A stretch of DNA of 64,000 nt, taken from positions 310,001-374,000 of the forward strand of contig CM030338.1 of assembly GCA_017654855.1 (NCBI GenBank). Direction: 5' to 3'. This document shows, in pieces, positions 24,223 to 37,465 of this stretch (position 1 is the first letter of the stretch; the number at the start of each line of letters is the position of its first letter). The position numbers and the translations under genes were made by a program. The stretch comes from Podospora anserina. Lineage: Eukaryota. The notes beneath the pieces are model-generated. The model made no database searches. It was not told the DNA's origin and was given only the letters and a program-made list of their open reading frames with translations.

Positions 24223-27200
24223 ATGGACCCTCTCAACCCCATGGGTGATGCCCAGCCGGCCTTCCAGCGCCGGCTGAGCAGGCTTTACAACGACACCAAA
24301 AGGAGATCCGAGTTTGTTCAGACCTCTGTCCAACACCCCGAAGCCGATCCCGAGGTCAGGTCGTTGCATCGAAGGCTCAGGATTCAGAAGGACCGTTTCG
24401 TCACCTGGGGTTTGGAATGGGCTGACCCTAGTCAGTCGGCCGAGGTGTTGATAGACTCGTCGTTGAACAAGGCCGGAATCAGCGAACTGGTTAGCAACAT
24501 CATGTCCAACATCAAGGAAATTCTTGCCGAAGCCGAGCCACTCTGGATGAGTTCAAGACGACTGGCGGGAGAGATTGTTGAGCCAGCACAGCCACCCCGG
24601 AGGGGAGAAAAGATTCAGATGGTTGTCTGGGACAAGAGCAAGTTTGAAGGTTTGATCCGCGATCTTACCGATGCTATCGACACCCTCTACGAAGTATCCC
24701 GAACAAGATCATCATATGCAAGCTCTGCCGCCGTCGGGGGGCGGCCGGCCAAGTCCTCGGCGGTAGCAGAAGACCTGCGTCCCTTTGCGTCATCACGGCT
24801 ACAAACCCCAGAGCAGATCGATCCCAAGATCTTGACCTCGTTGCGGTCGGTGCAGGCAGCGCCTATGACCGAGCACGACGAGAAGGAAAAAACCCACGAA
24901 ATTGTCTTTATGGACAAGCAATCTTACGCCAAACTCACACGAACTACTGCTGGTGCACGCCATACCCAATCGCCACTTCTTCTTGAATATGCCCCTTTCA
25001 GCTCCCTATACTCTATCACGGGTGTCTCACCACCGATGCACCGCTTCGAGAAGCTGTTTTCTGGCCTTCAGCTTGAACCTCAAAGGCCGGTCCAGCCGGG
25101 ATCGTGGATTGGGTTACCGCGTTTGTTGGGCTACTTTGAAGACATGGAAAACTCAAGATTCGGATTGATCTATCAGTTTCCCCAGAAGTTCAATGCCGTC
25201 ACGTTTGAAACTTTGACCCAAAACCCCCTGAACAACCTCTGCACACTCGCCGACCTCCTGGCCCGCCCAGACTTTGAGCCTAGGCTTGAGGCCAAGTTCC
25301 GGCTCGCTGCCAATCTGGCAAACAGCGTCTTTGACCTGCATGACCGGGGCATCACTCATGGGAGCATCGGCGATGAAAACATCTCTTTTTGCAATGCCGT
25401 GGGCACTGACCCCGAAGTCAGCGGAATCACTCAAGGAGAGGTTGATATTCGCAGACCTCTTATTTCTTCCTTTGATCTTTTTTCAGAGACAGAGCCAGAG
25501 TATCAGGAAGGTCCCAGAGAGTTCTCTTTGTACAAACACCCCCTTGACCCACGAAACAGTGTTCAATCCCCCCTCGCCAACAATGCCGACTCCAAGACCT
25601 TCGACCTCTACTCTCTCGCCATGATTCTTCTCTCGATTGGTCTCTGGACTAAACTTGAGAATCTTGTCCCTAACATGGCCCCGCCAGTGCTGCCCGAGTC
25701 CGTTCTCACTCAATTGGGTATCCGCTGTGGCACGCTTTACATGAAGGCAGTGCAGACATTGTGGTCTGCGGTGGACCAAGAGTTGAGTGGCACGCAAACG
25801 ACTGACAAAATTGTAGAACGGGTCGAATTCAAGGCTGGTCGATATCTGGAGGCATGCTGTATCCTGGATGGTGTCAGCAATCTTGAGGAGAGACTGGGTG
25901 ATGACCTAGGGGATGTGCGCCCGGAGCACGCACGGCTGAGCACACCATCGATCGCTGGACCTTCAAAGGACTCGCAATCAGAAAAGCCGTCCGCCTCTGT
26001 GTTATCAGCCGGCCAAGTCCAAACAGAAGCGAGAGGTAAGTCTGCTGTCGTGGGTCTTCAAATCCCTCCATCGGTGCTAATCCGTTTATCCCAGCCGCCG
26101 ACGCCAATGAAACTTCAACCAAACCGAAGCTACGACTCTTCAAGCACGTGCCCCTACCACCCGAAGAGGTCGAGCGGTGGAACACCAACATCATGCCACA
26201 GGTCAACCAGGCTCTTCGGCACTTTTATCGAAAAAATCCCGAGTCAGTCGAAATTTCGCTGGAGTCTGTTGGAGAGAGTCCTCAAAAAACAAAACCCACA
26301 GTTTTAGTGGTGTGCCAATCCACAAGCTTGGTCAAAACTATCCTGAAGAAGAGGCTTGGCAACATTTTGGCTGCGGCCGGCCTCGGGTTGAGGGTATGCA
26401 CTGGCCGAGTCATCAAATCTCGCAGAGACGCTGTTGGGAGAAGCATGGCTGGTCCAGAAGAGGAGGTGGTTGCGGCCAATCCAGAACACCAACAGCAACC
26501 CTTGAATGGGGCAAGCATCGGGGCATGGAACCAAAGTCACCATCTGCCACCTGTCAGCCTCGGAGGGATGCTCGCAGTCGATGGCAGATTGTACGGCATG
26601 ACGGTACACCATATGTTGGACGAACCGGGTCCCGATTCGGGAGGGAAGTCAGGTGCTCCAAGAAGCATGGCAGGGCCTCCCGGAATGACAGATCTCCATG
26701 CTTGGTACGCACAGCAGTACACGAATCCCAGCGACTCGGACCAAGATACCAGCAGCAGTTCCGAGTATGATGCCTACGACCTCTCTGATGCAGATTCTGA
26801 TGCTTTTTCAGAGTCGGCCATTACTAGCGACTATTCGGAGGAAGACGACGACGACGACGGCGAGTATCAGGAGAGTGAGCCGGGAGATATACCCGGAATT
26901 GAACCCGGTTGTGGGGACGGGTACATCGTCACACAACCTGCCCTGGACGATGTGGATGCTGGTTTCTATCCTTGCCTGGAAACCCAGGATGAAGACCATC
27001 TCGACACGTACAGAGTTGGGGAGATGTATGCATCAAGTGGTATCCGACGTCGTAGGGAGGGGGGAATGAACCACGAGATCGATTGGGCCCTTTTTGAATT
27101 CTTCGACGAGCGACTGCCCTCTGGGAATTTGATTCCCTCCCTCGACCCGCCACTGACAAAAGCACAATCACAAACCACTTCGTCCAGCATTTGTCCTACA

Positions 27201-27992
27201 ACTGTTGCACCTATGTCAAGCTTGCCGGGCCTAGGGGTTCAATGCATGGCACGCACTTCAGGCCTACAGACTGGTGTTATCCTCCCAGCTATGGTGTCCG
27301 TCAAGATTTATGGTCGGGTTTCGCCAAGCGAGACATATCAAGTGTCGGGAACCCGACCGTCTCCAGACCAGCCTCGTCACCCAAAACAGTCGTCGCTTCC
27401 GATGGGCATGCCGGGAGACTCGGGGGCATGGGTAGTTGATGGTGCGAATGGTCGAGTATGCGGGCATATTCTTGCCTGGAGTGAGCGCAAGAAGGTTGCT
27501 TACATCTGTCCAATGGATGTGCTGATTCTTGATATTGCCGAGACGTTGGAAGCCAATGAGATTCGTCTTCCGGGAGGTGAAGTTGTGTACTCGCGGGAGC
27601 CGCTGAGTGCTCAATATCCCATGAGGTCTTTGACGCAAAGGAGTGCAAGAAGTGACATGTCGGGCTGGCAACGTTCTGAGGGCGATGTTGGCGACGACGA
27701 GGGCGAAGAGCCATCTACCCCAATGGCTAGATTTGCCGCCAGGAGACACAGCAGCCGACGGTCTCAGAGGAGCGTGGTGGCCGGTAAGAGGGCATCTTAC
27801 CTCTCGGCCAAAAGACAGAGCCAACAAGCAACGATGGAAAGCACTGTTGGGGAAGAGGAGCTGGAGCACGATGAGGGGGTCGAGGTGGATATCAGTGTTG
27901 GGTTAGCTAATCAGCTCAAAGCAATGAACCTGCCTCCGGGAGACTCAAGCCTATCTTCAGCAGAGATGATGAGGAAATGGGGATATGCCTGA
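24223..27992 (+). CDS. HeLo-like domain + kinase-like (pseudokinase) + trypsin-like serine protease fusion, about 1236 aa
   Basis: N-terminal LRIQKDRFVTWGLEW (HeLo-like); kinase-like LPRLLGYF..FGLIYQ..LH..HGSI..DLYSLAMILLSIGLW; intron 26036-26094 joins the two ORFs in frame; protease motifs TVHHM, EIDWAL, PGDSGAWV. Confidence 0.8.
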
Positions 27993-28437
27993 CTCAAGGC
28001 GAGCTCGGGTTATATACATCCGTATTGGGATGCGACAGTCTGGGCTGACTGAAACAAGAATATGATGGGTATGAATGGGGGGAAGTATAAGGTCATGATG
28101 ACCCGATACCAATCTGCATCATGATATCCCCTGTTTTTGGCTAGCGAAATTTACTACTCTCAGTGCTTCTCGCACAAAAATAAAGCTGAATAATTGCTTG
28201 AATGTTGTCTGTTGACCCTGTCGAAATCAGCTTTTCTCTATGCACGGTAATTATGATGGATGAGATCCCATTGGTGCTGAGAAAGATTCTTGAGCGAATG
28301 AGGGGGTTGGCCATGAGCGACAAGATGCATGAGTTTATGCAGCCCAATTTATGCACTATTCATAACTGACTCCCTACTTAGGACTATACGCAAAGTTGAA
28401 ACAGAAACGCTGACCTGGACTCATCCGTTTGTCTTAT

Positions 28438-31265
28438 CTAGGGAGTTGCCCATCCTGCCTCCGCCAGGCGCATTTTGCGGAGCTGTTGAGCATTCATTTG
28501 CTAGTGGTGGTAAACGTCTGAGATCGAGGATCTCAAGGGAGTGGGGAAGGCAAAGGCAGTATCATACAATCTCCACGGTGCCATGAACCAGGTATCTTGT
28601 GACTAGGACAGTCTTCTTCTGACCACGGCGGGCAACACGACTGAGGGCTTGACTCTCGACGCTTGGGTTCCACTGGGGCTCGAGAATGTAGACGTGGTTA
28701 GCAGCTGTGAGGTTGAGCCTGGAAACACGGGAAGTCGGGTGGTTAGCAAGGTTGGGATACCTAGGGGTTGGCGGAGATGGCACGTACCCGAATGCACCGA
28801 CACCGGTAGTCGTGAGCAGAACTGGAACGGAGGTGCCCTCGTCAGACACAAAACGGCTCATGTTGTGCTGTCTTTCTGCCAGTTTTTGCCTGCCGTCAAT
28901 TCGTTGATGAAGGATCTTCATCCGAGTGAGATGGAGTGCGACCAGGTCCAGGGTTTTTGTCCAGCAGGAAAATACAATGCTGGGTGAGTTGATGTAAGCT
29001 TGGTTCTCAAGGACTTCGGCCAGTCTAGCAGAGCCGACGTACCTCTTCGTGTCTCTTGGGGTTTGCTGGAGGTGGCGGATCAGGACTTCGATTTTCGATG
29101 AGACTCCTGATAGATCGAAATGGTCCACCTTGTCATTGTTGTCGTCACCGCTATTTGGCGTCAGGACGTCTGATTTTGGACTTATATGCCCACCACAATA
29201 CAAGCACGAGGTCTTGTTCGCTGATCTCTGGTCATCGGAGGGGATGCACTCTGGACAAATTACATGCCCACAGCCATGACGGAGTTTTGGAGGTGCTGCA
29301 TCAAAGGCAGGGACCGGTATCCCGCACATGGAACATTCAATATCAGCGCTTGAACCTAGAGCATAGAGAAACTCTTCCCGCTCTAGCAGCTTGTCTCTGC
29401 GGCCACGTCGTTGGAAAGGCTTTTGGAACGTCCCTTGGTTGCAGACCAAGCGAAGCTGGAGCTGGACTTGGAAGATACCAAATGGTCCCGTTGGTCTGCA
29501 CGTAAGCCGGTTTTGTGATTGATCCAGTTGCTCATGTCAGCAGCTGTCTTGTCATAGCGGTTTCTTTCCTCTTGGGAGAGCGTGATGTAGTGGTAGCGTT
29601 CCTCAATCGGAGGCAGCTCGAGCATCTGTTTTGGCCTCCTCAGGCACAGTGTCTCGAACAATAGAGTGAATTGCTAGGTTACAGTATGTGCATCTGGCGA
29701 AGACGCATCCATGATCTTCTTCTTGAACATGGCCCGGTTTTGTAGCTGGTCGATTGGTAGGAAAGCAAGGGGCGACCCGAGCTCTTCCAGCCGGTTCTGA
29801 ATGGGAGTAGCTGTGAGGCACCATCCGAAGTTTGCGCGGATTTCACACGCTGCCTTGAAAAGTGTTGTCTGGGGTCGCTTGATCAAATGTGCTAACAGGC
29901 AAAACTAAAGTCAGTACAAAGTATGTGCTCCTATAGAATTGGGAGGTCACTGACCCTCATCGACGACAACCCTGAACATTCAATCTGAAACAATGCACTT
30001 TATTCTTTGCATTGTTGCTAACCGCCACCGTATTGTATGTAGTGAAGACGAGATTGCTGTTGAGGTAACTGTGAATGTTGATATTGCGGTCTTTGCAATA
30101 GTATTTCGCTATGGTAAGTGAGAAGTCAAGATGCCTCGGCAATTAGAGAGATGTTAGAGAACAGGTTCAGTCTGTGGTCTCGATTAAGGCCCGGTAGTTA
30201 GAAACTTACTTTTTGATTTCTTCCAACCACAAGTACATGATGACTGCGACTGGTCAGCAAGATTTGCGAGAGCGTTTGGTCAAAGTGTTCGCGTTGGGAA
30301 CGCACACCCTGCAAGGCTTTGCTGGTCTTGTTAGCAAAATCCGCCCCGGGCCCGGCAAAGACTTTAGGTTCTTCAAAACCGGGGAAGTGAATCAACTGCC
30401 TGTTCAGATACTCGATGTTTTCGGTGCCATATTCGGGGTCTTGAAGGTACAGCTTGGCAGTGCTGCCGAGATAAAGCCCTACGGCATCGGCATCGGCAGC
30501 AGATCCGTATATGTTGATGTCCACTCGTAGCTTTGCCTGGCCAGGAGTGTGTGACTGGTAAAAGAGGCTCTGTATTTTCCCTATTTGGGCAAACGCCTTC
30601 ACTTCGAAAAACTTGAACTTGTTGAACAGCGAAGTGAGAGCTTGTGATACAGCCTCATTCACCTGGGCGAATATGTGATTATCTGAAAATATGACCATCA
30701 AGTAGTCGTCGTGTTTGATGACAGCAAATGACTGAACATGCTCGTTATTCAGAAGCCTGTCTCTGGACTCGGCCAGGTTACCAACCAGCTTCACTTCGGC
30801 ATGGCTGATCTACTGGACATTGGCGTTAGTTAGAGACAATGGAGATGAGACGACCCGTGGCAGATAACCGTGAATGCAGACAAGAACTCACAGTCCCGTA
30901 GCAACAGAAGCCGCCATCTCCACTTTCTTGCTCCTCGATTTCCAGCAACTCAGCTATACCAGGTGCTATGGGATCATCTTTGATGCCACATAAAGTGGCC
31001 CAAGCCTTCATTTGACTCCATGTGTCCCCTAGTACTGCTGGATCTATCATGGGCTCTTCGTTGGCATTCTCAAAGAGTTCGCTAGTGATAGGGGGCGCTC
31101 CAAACGAGCTACTGTTGTGAATCATTTCCCACTGGGAAACTGCCGAGGTGCTCGGAGTTATGAGGCTGCACAGGTCAAAATGTCAGCAATTTTCCCTCTC
31201 GAGTAACAGGCAGTATGGCGGATCTCGTTATATTTCATGAGGACCGATTCGGTAAGTCGCTTCAT
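28438..31265 (-). pseudogene. SNF2-family (Rad5/16-like) helicase with RING finger, degraded
   Basis: Motif II VVVDE-AH split by an intron, WCLTATPIQNRLEEL, RING-like CSMC..CGHVICPEC..CLYC, SSKIEVL, LNLTAANHVYILEPQWNPSVESQALSRVARRGQ; frameshifts; Walker A segment not found. Confidence 0.8.
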
Positions 31266-31628
31266 GGTCTTCCTCCATGCTGGAAAGGGTGTTGAAGGGA
31301 GTATAGTTTTCGAGGCCTGGTTGCTTAGCAAAGAATTGCGAGAGGTAGGTAGCTGGACAGGGACTGGGGATCTTGTATAACAATTCAATCACTTGCTGAG
31401 ACACAGGCGGGAAGGCACGAGGGTGCACTGCCCGGGGCGGACCACAGGGCGAACCACCGAGCCTTCTCACAAACTGCAAGCCAAGAAAAGGTCGCCTTGA
31501 TCTTTGCATTTGTATTTTACATTAAAAAGTTGAACCAGTCCCGCGTGTCCTTTTGACAAGCAGGTTTTCGACCTGTCCATGCACCGCAGTGAGCTGGCAT
31601 TGTCCGCCCCAGGTTTCCAACATTCAAC

Positions 31629-34600
31629 ATGGCCTCGCAACCGACTCAAATACAGCCCGGAAATGCCTTTGAAACCGCGCTCAAGAAGTTTCGGATGAGA
31701 CTGAAAAGCAATTCCAGATCACTAGCCTCGGTGAACTGAAAAGCGAGATTTTGTCCATCCAAGCCGAGCAGCGCGACGGGGAAAAGCAGATGCAGGTGGG
31801 CAGAATTCAAGGGTTCACTGAAGCCATCGAGCAGTTTGGCAAGGTTATCGAGGTCTTTGTCAACAGCAACGGCATCCTCGCATTTGTCTGGGGTCCTCTC
31901 AAGCTTTTACTTTTGATAAATCTCAGCTGTACCACACTGATAACCGATTTCCACTCACTGACCCATTGACCAACAGACTGCCAAAGGTGGCACCGACGCA
32001 TTCGATTGCCTGCTTGATGCTTACAGCACAATCGAGAAAACTTTACCCATTTTTAAGAATTACCAGCATATCTTCGGTCAGATACTACAGTTCAATCGGT
32101 CCTGTCCTCGATATGGGAACCAATTCTTGATTTGCACAGAAGAGCTCTACGCATATTTGCAAAGTCGGGTAAGTAGGATACTCATAGGATCTCCATGGTA
32201 GCGAGTAATCCACCGGGTCAGGTCATGTAATTAATTCGCGTATCTTAGCGGTGAAGTTGAGGTTTCGGCCGCTGTGGAATGACTTTAAGAGCAGGTTCGG
32301 GGCACTCCTCGGTGACCTAGAACAGCAACGGTCGTTGCTTGAAAGCCATGTCAACCAGATTCATATCGAACACTCGGAGCATGACAGAATCAAGTTCCTC
32401 GACGAGATTGATGAGCAGCGGAGAATGCGTGCTTCTGAAAAGCTATTAGCCGTGCATCAATGGCTCCAAGCTCCAAGCTGCATTCGATATCACGAGGAGC
32501 ACCAAGACGTGCGAAATGCACACAGTAACGGCACAAAGTACCAACCTGGACTCTGGCTACTAGACAACGATTACGTCAAGACTTGGATATCCAATCCTTA
32601 TCCTAGAACACCGTTTCTTTGGATATACGCAAAGCCCGGGGCTGGTAGGTCCTGCCATGCTTACTCTCACCATTCAAGATATTTGTACATGGCTGATACT
32701 TCCTACGCCTAGGTAAGAGTGTCCTTTCATCAGCCATCATCGACCAGATTCAGGAGAAGAAGAATGGTCTTGTGGCGTTCTTCTACTGTAAAGATCAAGA
32801 CCCGGAGAGAAGAACATTTCGATCCATTGTCAGAGCTCCCTACTTCAACTCATTGACCAACAGCGCGACGTTGTCCCCTACTACTATGGCGCTAAGGATA
32901 AAACGGGCGAATTACACCTGCAGTCAGAGAAGTTCACCAAACAGTTGTTCCAGGAGCTCCTACAAACCAGCTCCAAAACCTTTCTGGTGATCGACGGCCT
33001 TGGACGAGTGTCCCGACAAGGAGAGAGGGAAGCTTATGGACCTTTTGATTGAAACGATCATCTCGTGTGAAAATAAGAATCCTGGTAAAATCCGGTTGCT
33101 TCTTGTAACCCGGCTTGAGCCAGATATCAAGAAGCGGATGTCTTTAGTGTTGGTTGAAGACATGGAGCTAAATTATGATAACCTCAAGATGGATAGAACA
33201 GACGGCAAGTACTCCCCTATCAAATGCTCAGCAGAACGATTTGAAGGTGTCTACTGACTAACAGCCAAACTTTGGGAATGTTTCTATTTGCCAAGCTTGT
33301 AATGGAGAACTTGCAAGGCCAGCCATCGTTAGAGAGACTCCACGAGGAATTGCATCCGCGTTGCTTCCCCGACGAACTGGAACAGGCGTAAGCCATCATA
33401 ACTCCCTTGTCACGCTGTGGATGTGCGATACTGATAGTTTACCTGCAGGTATGGTTGGTCGCACTCTAGAGCGCATCAGACCTAACCCAACAAGCATGAA
33501 GCGGAGCAGGCTCATAGTATCTTGTCCCTCATGATTTGTTTCATCCATCCCCTACGATGGCGAGAAGTGCAAGCGGCCATTGCTATCCACCTAGAGGAGC
33601 AGATTGTCCGATATTCAAGATGTCCAGTCGTACACATCAAAGAGATTTGTGGTCACTCGTTATAATTCTCAAAGAAGGAACAGAATTGAGTTTATTCATG
33701 CTACGGTGGTACAGTACGCGTGCTCCGTATCAGGTTGGCCGAAGTTGAGACACAGCTGACACATGAATTGGTAGTTACATCGCTAATCAAAGCAACTACA
33801 TCGAACGGTTTTCCGCAGAGCGTGCCATGACCATGTTGTGTCTACAGTGCCTCGTATTTGAGTGCTTTACACCCGAATGGGGGGGAATCAGAAAGGGCGA
33901 ATTCGCATCGGATGGGTACTATGGCTTCCAGGACTATGCTGTGGCACACTGGGCAGACCGAGTTCTTTCTTTCTTGGGGTTCACTGCCCCTAACTCCAAC
34001 AGCACAGCAGAGCAGCCCACACCAGATCAGGAGTCAGATATCCTTGACATCGACGATGACCTGCTCTCGTTTGTGGGAAGATTCGATTAGGATGGGAAAC
34101 TTCTGCAGGCCTTGAAAGATGACCCAAAGCAACTGAAATCAGCAGCACATCCTCCCGGACTTGGGAGGTTCAAGTCTGACCCGTACTTTCTCAGCATGTA
34201 CAGCATCTGGTACCATGCCAAGTGTGTCCGAGCGTTCACCGGCGACATGCAAGATCAAGTGCACCCTCAAGGGCTTCGAACAATCCCCAAAGCAGCCGTC
34301 AGACACTCGAACAAATGTGGACAACTACACCAGCCCCTTCAGCCGAGGTGCGCGATGTGTACGGCCCACACTGGTTCAAGTGTTCCCGTGCCAGAACTGT
34401 TCCTTGAAGTTTGGCCTGAAAACAGAACTTCGGGAACACATGAGCGCACACATTCACTCGTTGTCACAGCTCGGGACCAGAGAGGTGGATGCAGTACAGG
34501 CTGCAGTCAAAGGCCCAGGTGTGAAGGGTTTATTCCAGCTGTCTATCAAATCATGAGGACCGACCGCAGAAGTTGGCTGTGTCTTTTGCCTGTGGATTTT

Positions 34601-34640
34601 GCAACAAGACGGTACACAACAAGTGGGTCAATGTTGGAAG
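31629..34640 (+). pseudogene. NACHT-domain NLR-like protein with C-terminal zinc-finger motifs, degraded
   Basis: N-terminal helical FTEAIEQFGKVIEVFVN..AFVWGPLKLLL; Walker A FLWIYAKPGAG/KS across intron 32645-32712; Walker B LVIDGLDEC; MFLFAKLVMENL; FQDYAVAHW; YGPHWFKC; CQNCSLKFGLKTELREHMSAH; several frameshifts and TAG at 34088. Confidence 0.82.
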
Positions 34641-34712
34641 ATCATGTTTCTTTCAATTATACAGTGGTATTACACCTTGTTATCTACTTGGAACTGGAGT
34701 AAACTTGGCAGT

Positions 34713-36002
34713 TTACCACCACTTGCCAGGCTTGCCCTTCTTGGTGCCGTTCTTGAGAGCCTCCTGCACGCCGTAGTAGGCGGGGTGCTTGCTCCAGTCC
34801 TCAAACCAGAGGAGGGGAGCACCCTCGCCGGGGAAAACATAGGGCACCCAGCTGAAGGGGTCATAGAAATCCCAGATGGTGACACCGATGCAGCCCTTGA
34901 CCTGGACGCAAGCGCCAACAGCCTATTGACATGTATAAGTATGAATGACGCCGGGAAGGGAAGAAAAGGGGTTTGACATACGTTCTTGTAAGCCTCCTTC
35001 TGCTGAGCAAGGTTGGTGGCGTTGGCGGGCACCTGCAGGCGAATGTCCAACTCGGTAAGGGCAACCTCAACGCCGAGCTTGGTGAAGCCCTTGATGGCGT
35101 CAATGTGCTGGTCGAGAGTAGGGGCCTGCTCGGCAATCAAGTGAGCCTGAAGGCCAACACCGTCGATTCTGATCTTGGCCTTCTGGAGCATCTTGACAAT
35201 GCGCTGGGTGCCCTCAGTCTTGGCATGGGGCCACTCCCTGTGGGTGTATTAGCGTCAGGCATCAAGCTGGTCGTGGGAAATCAATCTTACAAGTTGTAAT
35301 CGTTGTAGTACAGCTTGGCCTTGGGGTCGACCTTGGCAGCGGTCGCGAAAGCGAGCTTGATGTACTCCTCGCCCAGGACGTTGTAGAAGACGGACTTGCG
35401 GTAGCTCCCATCCTCCTCGAGCGCCTCGTTCACAACATCCCAAGCGTAGCACTGACCCTTCCAGGCCTTCGCAACGCGCGTGACGTGGTTGACGATAACA
35501 GCGCGGAGCTCGTCCTTAGTCCAGTCGGTCTTGGCCTCAACCCAGGGGGCGAGCTGAGAGTGCCAGACGAGGGCGTGGCAGCGGAGATATTTGCCGTGCT
35601 TCTTCGCGAGGGAGGTAACAATGTTGCCCTCGGTATAGTTGAAGACGCCCTGCTGTGGTTCGGTGAAGAGCCACTGTTGGTTGAGAGTATGTTAGCTACC
35701 ACTCATGTTGCATGGCGACTCGCATAACGGATGCAAGACTGTACCTTTTGTCCGTTGGTAGGCGTGGTCTGGCCGAACTCGTCCGACTTCCACATGATCT
35801 GGTCATACTTGGGATACTGAGCCTCATAGCCAGCCCGCTCACGGAAACCGGGCGAGTCGGTGGCAGCACCAAAGTACTTCAGACCGGCCTCTTTGGCGTA
35901 GGTGTTGAGACCCTTCTCCTTGTGGCCGTGGCCGGGAGTAGGGGTGGCAACTGCGAGAGGCAGTGCTGAGAGGAGGAGCGAGGCAGCTGTCGGGAGATGC
36001 AT
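34713..36002 (-). CDS. GH10 endo-1,4-beta-xylanase, secreted
   Basis: Signal peptide; LKYFGAA, CHALVWHSQL, WDVVNE (acid/base), IDGVGLQAH, TELD (nucleophile); three introns. Confidence 0.95.
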
Positions 36003-37465
36003 CTTGTCTGGGGTGGCGGTCCTTGGGGAGAGAAAGGATGGAGGAGAAAAAAGACAGTCGAGATGGCCTGGGTCACGATGCCTTTTTATGGACGGATGTC
36101 AAGTCGTCATGCCATGGTGATGGGCCGTGATGGTGGTCCACAATGCTGCCCTCCACCAGACCATCAATGGAACTCTGGACATCGATCCGAGTGCTATGGT
36201 CCCTGGCGGGTTCGACCGATACAACCTCGCCTCCCCTCTACCGGGAACGCGTTCCACAGAGCATGAGGGAAGCATCAAGATGTTACCTAACGCAGCCCAT
36301 ACGGCACTTCGGGGCTGCCCTCCGAACCGGGCTCCTGGGGTCTGGGCTCCGGGGATCAAGTCATTTCGGGCTCGTGTTCATCATTCAGCCGGCCGAGACT
36401 GGTGAAGGCACAGTTCACCACGGTCATGATTTCCATGAGAAGCGAACGGGTATGGTCGGATTGTCACTGGCTTCCGATGCTAGCGCCCCAATGACCACGG
36501 TTGAGCGGCCGGATAAATGCGAGGTGCAGCGGTTCGTGAATTTTGCCGTTGAAACGGCAGCCCTTGGCAGACCGGTGGATGGCGCCGGGGCGACGGGAAA
36601 CATGTTTATTTCCACGTTGGCGGTGCGATGGGTTGCGATGAACACTCTATCGTGCTCTTGGCCTGCTCGGATGGATAATTAAAACTGCAGGAACATGTGC
36701 TAAGAATACCACTCACACCAGAGGAGAGCCTCGTTCAGTCGTTCATGCCTTGAAGACTGGCGAGATGGGAAACCAGCACGACCATGGTATTCGTAAACTT
36801 TTGTTGTTCAGGGCCGGGGGTCAGCTCACGATCCCCTCATTGCAACCTTGGCTTTCTGGGCAAAAGGCGGAGACCCCGGAGCCCCCCAGCCGGGGAAGCT
36901 GCGCTAAAAGTTGGAGAAGGTGGCATTCCCCAACATCCACCCGGCGATGTGGGGATTCACGAAACGGGAGTCTCGGTGAGAGGTTCGGTGTGTGAAGCCG
37001 GAGTTCATGCACAACGTGAGGTTATCGTTATCTTATCGATCTTATCGATAATCCGGAGCCAAGTCCAGAGACCCTAACCCTGGCAATCTTCAGCCGGCGC
37101 AATGACATCATGGGGGTGGTGATGTCATGGCTCCAATTGAGACCAAGGAGTTTGCCAGCCAATCAGGGCAGGCAATGCCGCCGCGTCGACGCCTTTTCCA
37201 CTGAGAACGTCATGATCTGAGTTCGCGCCGGTTGCAGGCGGTACAGAATCAGGTGTCTGCCGGCTCTGTTTCCCCTTTTAAAAGTTTCCTTGTGCTTTCT
37301 CTGGACTCTCAACCGTACCAAAGCAACATCGACTCTCACCAAAATATCAACACCACAACTTTCCATCCGTCACCGACAGTAAAGCAATTTGGCTCCTGTC
37401 ATCCATACCTATACTCCAGTACACAACACATCCCCTGAAGTCGCAAACGAGCAAAGAACATCGCC

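Noticed and set aside
34088-34090. TAG in the NACHT gene as an A-to-I-correctable stop
   Set aside because: The gene also has several frameshifts that editing cannot repair
36003-37100. XlnR-like (CGGCTGAA) and CreA-like (SYGGRG) sites upstream of the xylanase
   Set aside because: Plausible, but short, imperfect matches in GC-rich DNA cannot be told from background
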